Shown here in pieces: positions 16,668 to 22,187 of a DNA stretch of 39,506 nucleotides (position 1 is the stretch's first letter; the number at the start of each line of letters is the position of its first letter). Made by a program: the position numbers and the translations under genes. Origin of the DNA: a virus. Taxonomy: Duplodnaviria > Caudoviricetes. The notes under the pieces are model-generated. The model did no database searches and was not told the DNA's origin. It worked only from the letters and a program-made list of their open reading frames with translations. Location: the IMG/VR virus record IMGVR_UViG_3300020258_000014, positions 1 through 39,506 of that record. One strand, 5' to 3'.

Positions 16668-16988
16668 ATGCCTTTCACTTCTGAACTCACCTTTGCTGTT
16701 ATGAATCCTGAATTTCAGGGTGCGTATCTTGCAACATGTGATAATGATATCTCCACTGCAAAACTGTTTGACAACAAGACAGAAATGTATGGTTGGATCA
16801 AAGAACAATTGGAAGTGAAAGGATATGATTTTGTGACCACAACTATCCTGTCACATGATGGCACTGTTGACCAAAGATTAAACACCAAGTATGCAATTTA
16901 TAAACTTGATGTTGATAACTGCTATAAATTTGGTCCCATTGAACCAGTTATTTCCACAAACATCTGGGTTGAATATATGACTAAGTAA
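16668..16988 (+). CDS. hypothetical protein
   Basis: 106-aa ORF starting 20 nt after repeat 7. Confidence 0.75.
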   Translation: MPFTSELTFAVMNPEFQGAYLATCDNDISTAKLFDNKTEMYGWIKEQLEVKGYDFVTTTILSHDGTVDQRLNTKYAIYKLDVDNCYKFGPIEPVISTNIWVEYMTK

Positions 16989-17062
16989 TGATCCTGGGCA
17001 TTGTAACATCTAATTGTGGTGGTTACATTGTTACATGTAAGACCCAATGTTGGGATAATTAA
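16988..17062 (+). CDS. possible 24-aa micro-ORF MILGIVTSNCGGYIVTCKTQCWDN
   Basis: TAATG overlap with the previous stop; ends on the AAT-TAA just before repeat 8. Confidence 0.35.
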   Translation: MILGIVTSNCGGYIVTCKTQCWDN

Positions 17063-17063
17063 A

Positions 17064-17092
17064 GTTAGTAACCTCCAAAGGTCTGCTATAGT
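17064..17092 (+). repeat. cassette repeat copy 8
   Basis: GTTAGTAACCTCCAAAGGTCTGC-TATAGT. Confidence 0.95.
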
Positions 17093-17296
17093 ATGAACAC
17101 CACTACACACCACAACATGAAGTTTGAAGATGGGTTCTATATGAACCAAACTGCACAGGACAATCCTGTTATGATGGCAGCATTAGAATCATACAAGAAA
17201 CAACTTATTGCAGAAGCAGATTATAGAAACAAAGTAAGGTCTGGTGAGATACAACCAGCACCATGGGGTAGATATAACATTTCAGACAGAGATTGA
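17093..17296 (+). CDS. hypothetical protein (start 17093, 17117 or 17141)
   Basis: Single-gene cassette between repeats 8 and 9. Confidence 0.7.
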   Translation: MNTTTHHNMKFEDGFYMNQTAQDNPVMMAALESYKKQLIAEADYRNKVRSGEIQPAPWGRYNISDRD

Positions 17297-17307
17297 TAAG
17301 AATTAAA

Positions 17308-17336
17308 GTTAGTAACCACCAAATGTCCTCTATAGT
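17308..17336 (+). repeat. cassette repeat copy 9
   Basis: GTTAGTAACCACCAAATGTCCTC-TATAGT. Confidence 0.95.
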
Positions 17337-17504
17337 ATGAACACAACAATCGCAAACATCCTAGACACACTTCCTACATTCATTGTTGAAATGGATGCAG
17401 ACTGGGAGATGGTAACAGATTATGTTATGTCCCAGATACAACCAACCATCCCAGAATGGGCAATGATTGATAAAGTTTTTGAAACCACAATTGCAGAACT
17501 ATGA
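17337..17504 (+). CDS. 55-aa protein MNTTIANILDTLPTFIVEMDADWEMV...
   Basis: Hand-translated; ATG immediately follows TATAGT of repeat 9. Confidence 0.65.
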   Translation: MNTTIANILDTLPTFIVEMDADWEMVTDYVMSQIQPTIPEWAMIDKVFETTIAEL

Positions 17505-17656
17505 ATATCTACAAAGAACAAATCCTTTCACAAGGTAAAGAACCAAGCAACAAAGTAGCAGATCTTGGTGAGTTTCCCAAAACAATCTATGGGAGAACTT
17601 ATGATACTCAAGAGGAGTATCTTGCTGCTTTACATGATTTCCTCAATTCTAATTAA
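17501..17656 (+). CDS. 51-aa protein MNIYKEQILSQGKEPS...YGRTYDTQEEYLAALHDFLNSN
   Basis: Hand-translated; ATGA coupling. Confidence 0.65.
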   Translation: MNIYKEQILSQGKEPSNKVADLGEFPKTIYGRTYDTQEEYLAALHDFLNSN

Positions 17657-17665
17657 CACCACATC

Positions 17666-17860
17666 ATGAACATCAAAACAACTGAAATCTGCGATGGATT
17701 GATTACACTTTGTCTCACAGATGATGAAGGTAATGAGTATGTGTATTTGAATGATATTGAAGATGATACTATATCACCATTGAAGGATTACAGTCAGTTT
17801 GGTGTTAATGGACTGAGGTTGATAACTGAGAACAATGAATATGAGATTGAATTCAATTAA
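17666..17860 (+). CDS. hypothetical acidic protein
   Basis: 64-aa ORF whose stop lies in the AATTAAA prefix of repeat 10. Confidence 0.7.
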   Translation: MNIKTTEICDGLITLCLTDDEGNEYVYLNDIEDDTISPLKDYSQFGVNGLRLITENNEYEIEFN

Positions 17861-17861
17861 A

Positions 17862-17890
17862 GTTAGTAACCTCCAAATGTCCTCTATAGT
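17862..17890 (+). repeat. cassette repeat copy 10
   Basis: GTTAGTAACCTCCAAATGTCCTC-TATAGT. Confidence 0.95.
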
Positions 17891-17911
17891 GTAACCACAC
17901 ACTAACCACTT

Positions 17912-18247
17912 ATGAGAAAGATTGAATCCCAAATGTGTCAAGCAATTCAAAACAATGAGTCTTGGCAATCTGGCAACACAGCAGTTCACACCCAACAAGA
18001 TGGTGTGTCTACTGTATATCTGCATGGCAACAAGATTGCAGAAGTAGGCGATGATTATATGACTATCTTTGATGGTGGATGGCAAACTGTCACCACAAAG
18101 TCTAGACTCAATGCATTATGCACAGAGTTTTGTATTGCTGGTGAAGGTGTATTTCAAAAGAATTATGATTGGTTCATCAGTAAGTTTGACACCACAACTA
18201 ATCAAATGACCAACATTCTGTTCACCAATGGTTTTGTATTCTCCTGA
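17912..18247 (+). CDS. conserved small phage protein (MRKIE...LHGNKIA...TTKSRLNAL family)
   Basis: Recognisable recurring phage early-protein motifs. Confidence 0.8.
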   Translation: MRKIESQMCQAIQNNESWQSGNTAVHTQQDGVSTVYLHGNKIAEVGDDYMTIFDGGWQTVTTKSRLNALCTEFCIAGEGVFQKNYDWFISKFDTTTNQMTNILFTNGFVFS

Positions 18248-18248
18248 T

Positions 18249-18476
18249 ATGATGAAGATTATTCACTCTGTAATCAATGGTTGCACTTATACACTCTGGA
18301 AAGGATGTGTATTATTCTATCACCCACAATATGCTGATGGAACATTAGAAACTAAGTTCTATAAGTATGCAGAAGTGGAGTGGGATTTGCTAGATGATGA
18401 TACATTAGCAGAAGCAGATAGATGTTATGATATTCTTAGATTACAAGCAAAAGCACAACAAGCACAAGCAGCATGA
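18249..18476 (+). CDS. hypothetical protein
   Basis: ATG 18249 just after the previous stop. Confidence 0.65.
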   Translation: MMKIIHSVINGCTYTLWKGCVLFYHPQYADGTLETKFYKYAEVEWDLLDDDTLAEADRCYDILRLQAKAQQAQAA

Positions 18477-18652
18477 CTAAACATCAAGTAGTTTCCATTG
18501 TAAGAAACACTGTCAAAGATTATTCTGATAAGGAAGGTGTTACTTTCACTAGAGATATGAAATGGGCAGTATTTCTCAACTGCTGTGATAATTTGTTATC
18601 AGAGCACAGGATTACAGCACAACAACATAAGTCCTGGACTCATCCTTTCTAG
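18473..18652 (+). CDS. 59-aa protein MTKHQVVSIVRNTVKDYS...SWTHPF
   Basis: Hand-translated; ATGA coupling; ends 7 nt before repeat 11. Confidence 0.7.
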   Translation: MTKHQVVSIVRNTVKDYSDKEGVTFTRDMKWAVFLNCCDNLLSEHRITAQQHKSWTHPF

Positions 18653-18659
18653 GATTAAA

Positions 18660-18688
18660 GTTAGTAACCTCCAAATGTCTCCTATAGT
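18660..18688 (+). repeat. cassette repeat copy 11
   Basis: GTTAGTAACCTCCAAATGTCTCC-TATAGT. Confidence 0.95.
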
Positions 18689-18774
18689 GTAAGGGTTCAG
18701 TCTTCTCACTCCCACTTCTCTCCTAGTATTGTTTCTGAGAGTTTGCTTCACTGAACCAACCACTAAACAACATT

Positions 18775-19020
18775 ATGTCAACTTTCCAAACTACAACTAA
18801 AGACACAACTTACAATGGTTGGACTAACTATGAAACCTGGAATGTAAGTCTCTGGATTCAAAATGATGAGGGTCTATACAATCAAGCAAGACGTTGTTAT
18901 TCATATCAAGACTTCATCAATCAATATACAATCAAAGGTGAAAAAACTCTTGATGGTGTACTCTTTGATGATGTTAATCTTAACCACACAGAGTTAGATG
19001 AAATGATTGAGGAGTTATGA
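18775..19020 (+). CDS. conserved small phage protein (YNGWTNYETWNVxLW family)
   Basis: Characteristic YNGWTNYETW motif. Confidence 0.8.
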   Translation: MSTFQTTTKDTTYNGWTNYETWNVSLWIQNDEGLYNQARRCYSYQDFINQYTIKGEKTLDGVLFDDVNLNHTELDEMIEEL

Positions 19021-19092
19021 AATTCTATTTCTTTTACATACTAATTGTTATCCTCACACCACCAATTCTTTTACATCACTTAGATCATCATT

Positions 19093-19362
19093 ATGAGCAA
19101 TCTATCCCCAGAACAACTCATTCAACTCAAGAAACAGTTTTGTACCCAAGTAACAGATAACATGGATTTAGATACTCTTATAGAGATAGTTACTGATAAT
19201 CTTATAGATGCTTATCATACATTTTCAGAGGAAGAAATGAAGGAAGAGATTGTTAATTACTATTGTGATGATGAACAACCATATAATGACTTAGTGAATA
19301 CAATCAATCCTTATACTGCATCTAATCCAGAAGCAGTTACTGATTATGGAGTAGGCAAATAA
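19093..19362 (+). CDS. hypothetical acidic protein
   Basis: 89-aa ORF. Confidence 0.7.
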   Translation: MSNLSPEQLIQLKKQFCTQVTDNMDLDTLIEIVTDNLIDAYHTFSEEEMKEEIVNYYCDDEQPYNDLVNTINPYTASNPEAVTDYGVGK

Positions 19363-19527
19363 ATCACCAAATCTATCACCTAAGAGAGGCACAGTTAGAT
19401 ACACAAACTATGTACTTAATTGCCTCTCTGGTTAATGCTTACAGACCACATGATGCAATCCCTACTAGAGAGGAATTAGGAGAACCACTAACACATAGCA
19501 CTTGTAGTCCTTTCCAAGATTAACACC

Positions 19528-19791
19528 ATGTATCGCACACTATCTGAACTCAAAGACCAAGTAAATTCACTGATTGAACAACAAGGAGAGAATGCAACTT
19601 GTGCTTCTTTCATCTATACTAAAGAGGATGTATTCTACTTCAATGATGTAGAGAATGATGAGGTTTATCTCCCAGTAGATGATGCTAACCAAGTGCTTAA
19701 TGAGGTAGGAGATACTGATTACATTTACCAACAGATTGGTGAGTTGATTGATGATGAGGTTTCAAGAATTAGGAGGCAAAAAGAGGTATAA
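19528..19791 (+). CDS. hypothetical protein (related to 14608-14871)
   Basis: 87-aa ORF; similarity noted above. Confidence 0.75.
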   Translation: MYRTLSELKDQVNSLIEQQGENATCASFIYTKEDVFYFNDVENDEVYLPVDDANQVLNEVGDTDYIYQQIGELIDDEVSRIRRQKEV

Positions 19792-19794
19792 ATA
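19787..19794 (+). promoter_or_regulatory. T4 consensus late promoter TATAAATA
   Basis: Exact octamer overlapping the stop of ORF 19528; no ORF directly downstream. Confidence 0.5.
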
Positions 19795-19963
19795 CCCTGT
19801 TTTATGTTAAAATCAATTAAAAAAGGTTTAATTAAATGTATGTAAGTGTTTTGTTTAATGTACTCAGAAGCAACCAGTAAGCGTCTCTCAAGGTGCTCCT
19901 GGGTGTCTTTAATGCCCTTTTAATCCCTTAGAAAGGTCTCATCTTATAGTGATCTTAGGCAGC

Positions 19964-19992
19964 AGTCTATCATCAACTCTGAGAAATGTCAA
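19964..19992 (-). promoter_or_regulatory. sigma70-like promoter on the minus strand
   Basis: Reverse complement reads TTGACA-17-TAGACT with extended TG. Confidence 0.6.
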
Positions 19993-20001
19993 GACCCTCA
20001 G

Positions 20002-20058
20002 TGACACTCCACCAACTGCACATTGTCCCTTGACAGTATCACAAATATACCCTATACT
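20002..20058 (+). promoter_or_regulatory. early promoter with upstream TGACA...ACTGCACA motif
   Basis: TTGACA(20030)-17-TATACT(20053). Confidence 0.7.
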
Positions 20059-20153
20059 GTAAGAGTCAAAGAGATATAAACCCTTTAAGTATTACCTGTC
20101 CTGGGATGACACTAAAAGCACCACTATTACACACACAGTTTCACACTAACACC

Positions 20154-20306
20154 ATGACCAAATCTGTTGCGATCTCCCTGTTGCGCCAAGGTAACACAGG
20201 CACTGAGATCCTTGAGATCCTTGACGCTCTCTCAGAGAACAGTAGTGATACCTCAGGGGCACAAGTCACCCAGGTTTCACCAACACTTTTGGAGATTCAA
20301 TTCTGA
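20154..20306 (+). CDS. 50-aa protein MTKSVAISLLRQGNTGTEILEILDAL...
   Basis: ATG after an A/C-rich leader like those of other early genes. Confidence 0.65.
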   Translation: MTKSVAISLLRQGNTGTEILEILDALSENSSDTSGAQVTQVSPTLLEIQF

Positions 20307-20323
20307 GTCCTATGTAACACTTA

Positions 20324-20367
20324 GTGCCCCACAGTGGTTGACACATAGGGGGCACATGTGTTATACT
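20324..20367 (+). promoter_or_regulatory. sigma70-like promoter with inverted repeat around -35
   Basis: GTGCCCC(20324)...GGGGCAC(20349) flanks TTGACA(20338); TATACT at 20362 (18-nt spacer). Confidence 0.55.
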
Positions 20368-20503
20368 GACAGTATCTCTGAGGGACAGTGATTTGGTCCC
20401 TTATGTTTTAGTATCCTGCCTGCCTAGCGTCCTAAGAACCTAAGGATGACCCCCCCCTACGAAAAAAGGTATACTTCCCTAACCTACAAAAGTATATTCC
20501 CCT

Positions 20504-20528
20504 GAGACCTATAGAAGTCTCTTTTTTT
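20504..20528 (+). terminator. intrinsic terminator-like hairpin
   Basis: GAGAC-CTATAGAA-GTCTC followed by T7. Confidence 0.5.
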
Positions 20529-20574
20529 GTGCCTCAGAGGTGCCTCTATATAATTCAAAAGTTAAAACAAAGAT

Positions 20575-20796
20575 ATGAAAAAAATTGCCCCAGAAAAAAT
20601 CCTCCCTGAAAAGGTTTTTCACATTTACCTAAAAGATCAGTGCCTGGTGCCCAATGTACCTGAAGACCAATTCAAGGAGAAGTGGACTGAACTGCAAGGG
20701 ATGGTAGGGTTAATGAAGACTGAGTATGAGGAAGATGATCTTTCATATGAATTGGTAGAGAGAACCCCACCAAGTAATGAAGAAGAATCTTATTGA
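20575..20796 (+). CDS. hypothetical cyanophage protein
   Basis: 73-aa ORF. Confidence 0.75.
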   Translation: MKKIAPEKILPEKVFHIYLKDQCLVPNVPEDQFKEKWTELQGMVGLMKTEYEEDDLSYELVERTPPSNEEESY

Positions 20797-20821
20797 CATC
20801 TCCTACATACTGAGATATAAT
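20793..20821 (+). promoter_or_regulatory. consensus sigma70 promoter
   Basis: TTGACA-17-TATAAT. Confidence 0.75.
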
Positions 20822-20844
20822 TGAGTGGTAGTGAATTATCAATC

Positions 20845-21636
20845 ATGGCAAAAGGATTTACTGTAAAGGCATCTAAACCCAAAAAGGAGAAACAACTTTG
20901 GGATTATGATGCCATTAAGGCGCGAATGAAAGGAAAGACTATTGTATTCTGTTTGCCTGGACGTGGGTGCAGTTATACATTCATGAAGAACTTTGTTCAA
21001 CTGTGCTTTGACATGGTACAGAATGGAATGAGTATCCAGATCAGTCAGGATTATTCTTCTATGGTAAACTTTGCACGTTGTAAGTGTCTTGGTGCAAATG
21101 TATTGCGTGGACCTAATCAAGTACCTTGGGATGGCAATCTTCAATATGATTACCAGTTGTGGATTGACAGTGATATTGTATTCAGTACTGAGAAGTTCTG
21201 GCAACTGTGTGATATGGCAATTGGTGAAGATGGAACAGAGCGTGAGATTGTAGCAGGATGGTATTCTACTGAAGATGGTAGAACTACATCAGTAGCACAC
21301 TGGTTGGATGAGGATGATTTCCGTAACAATGGTGGTGTTATGAATCATGAGATGGTAGATGGTATTACTAAGCGTAAGAAACCATTCACTGTTGATTACA
21401 CTGGTTTTGGATGGGTCATGATTCAGAAGGGTGTCTTTGAAGACTTTGATGATGAAGGTAAGAAGAAGATGCCATATCCATGGTTTGCACCTAAGATGCA
21501 AGTCTTTGAATCTGGTGCAGTACAAGATATGTGTGGAGAGGATGTCTCATTCTGTTTAGATGCAATTGAGGCAGGATATGAGATCTGGTGTGATCCTAGG
21601 ATCAGAGTAGGTCATGAAAAGACACGAGTTATTTGA
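20845..21636 (+). CDS. GT-A fold glycosyltransferase-like protein
   Basis: WIDSDIVF (DxD), TGFGWVMI, GEDVSFC, VGHEK; ATG 20845 lies after the promoter. Confidence 0.75.
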   Translation: MAKGFTVKASKPKKEKQLWDYDAIKARMKGKTIVFCLPGRGCSYTFMKNFVQLCFDMVQNGMSIQISQDYSSMVNFARCKCLGANVLRGPNQVPWDGNLQYDYQLWIDSDIVFSTEKFWQLCDMAIGEDGTEREIVAGWYSTEDGRTTSVAHWLDEDDFRNNGGVMNHEMVDGITKRKKPFTVDYTGFGWVMIQKGVFEDFDDEGKKKMPYPWFAPKMQVFESGAVQDMCGEDVSFCLDAIEAGYEIWCDPRIRVGHEKTRVI

Positions 21637-21666
21637 GGTTGAGTTTACGAAACAGGAGGTATTATT

Positions 21667-21816
21667 ATGGCAAAAGTAAAGAAGTCACTGCTGGGTTCAG
21701 TGTTTATTGAATCCCAACCCAAGAAGACACGACAAGGACAAGGGAAGCACACAAAGTATGCTGCATCTAGCAGTAATAATGCAAAGAAGCGTTATAGAGG
21801 TCAAGGAAGGGGATGA
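21667..21816 (+). CDS. 49-aa basic protein MAKVKKS...KKRYRGQGRG
   Basis: Hand-translated; strong AGGAGG ribosome-binding site; KRYRGQG ending. Confidence 0.8.
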   Translation: MAKVKKSLLGSVFIESQPKKTRQGQGKHTKYAASSSNNAKKRYRGQGRG

Positions 21817-22187
21817 CCTTTTCATTAACTTTATACACCTACCTCTCACCTTCTAAGGTTTGTGATGGGGTGGGTGTTTTTTCTTTGGTGCCTATACCTG
21901 CTGATACTTTGATCTTTAGACCAAAAAATGCGCAAAAAATCCCGTGGTTGAAAGTCCCAGAGGACGTGAGAGTGGCAATGAAGAATCTAACCTATTATGA
22001 TGAGGAAGGATTCTGGATTGATTGTGATCTGGATAGAATAGGACCACAGTATTACATTAATCACTCGCTTTCACCTAATGTGTCCTATAATAAGGACAAT
22101 GGTTGTCTTTATGCCACTAGGGACATTGAACCTCATGAAGAACTACTAGACTACTACTATCCTAATGAAAGAGAATGGCTTACTTAA
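21813..22187 (+). CDS. SET-domain protein (putative lysine methyltransferase)
   Basis: SxVxxGxGVF, YYINHSLSPN, ATRDIxxxEELLxxY are SET signature motifs. Confidence 0.85.
   Translation: MTFSLTLYTYLSPSKVCDGVGVFSLVPIPADTLIFRPKNAQKIPWLKVPEDVRVAMKNLTYYDEEGFWIDCDLDRIGPQYYINHSLSPNVSYNKDNGCLYATRDIEPHEELLDYYYPNEREWLT
21836..21882 (+). terminator. terminator-like hairpin inside the 5' end of the SET gene
   Basis: CACCTACCTCTCAC pairs with GTGATGGGGTGGGTG, followed by T6. Confidence 0.4.

Noticed and set aside
10091-18688. CRISPR array interpretation of the repeat
   Set aside because: Intervals are 244-2758 bp, irregular, and contain whole ORFs; no cas genes in the window.
10091-18688. Canonical integron attC sites
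   Set aside because: GTTAGTA does not fit GTTRRRY, there is no RYYYAAC...GTTRRRY long imperfect hairpin, and no integrase in the window; only the architecture is integron-like.
19043-19060. AATTGTTATCCTCACACC as a further repeat copy
   Set aside because: Only about 8 nt match the prefix; palindrome, spacer and -10 are absent.
19792-20574. tRNA genes in the gene-poor region
   Set aside because: No T-loop GTTCRA motif or cloverleaf recognised by eye; tRNAscan-SE would settle it.
8559-20844. Longest-ORF starts at 8559, 14309, 16289, 18228, 20106 and 20821
   Set aside because: They overlap promoters or upstream genes; downstream ATGs (8595, 14378, 16403, 18249, 20154, 20845) fit better.
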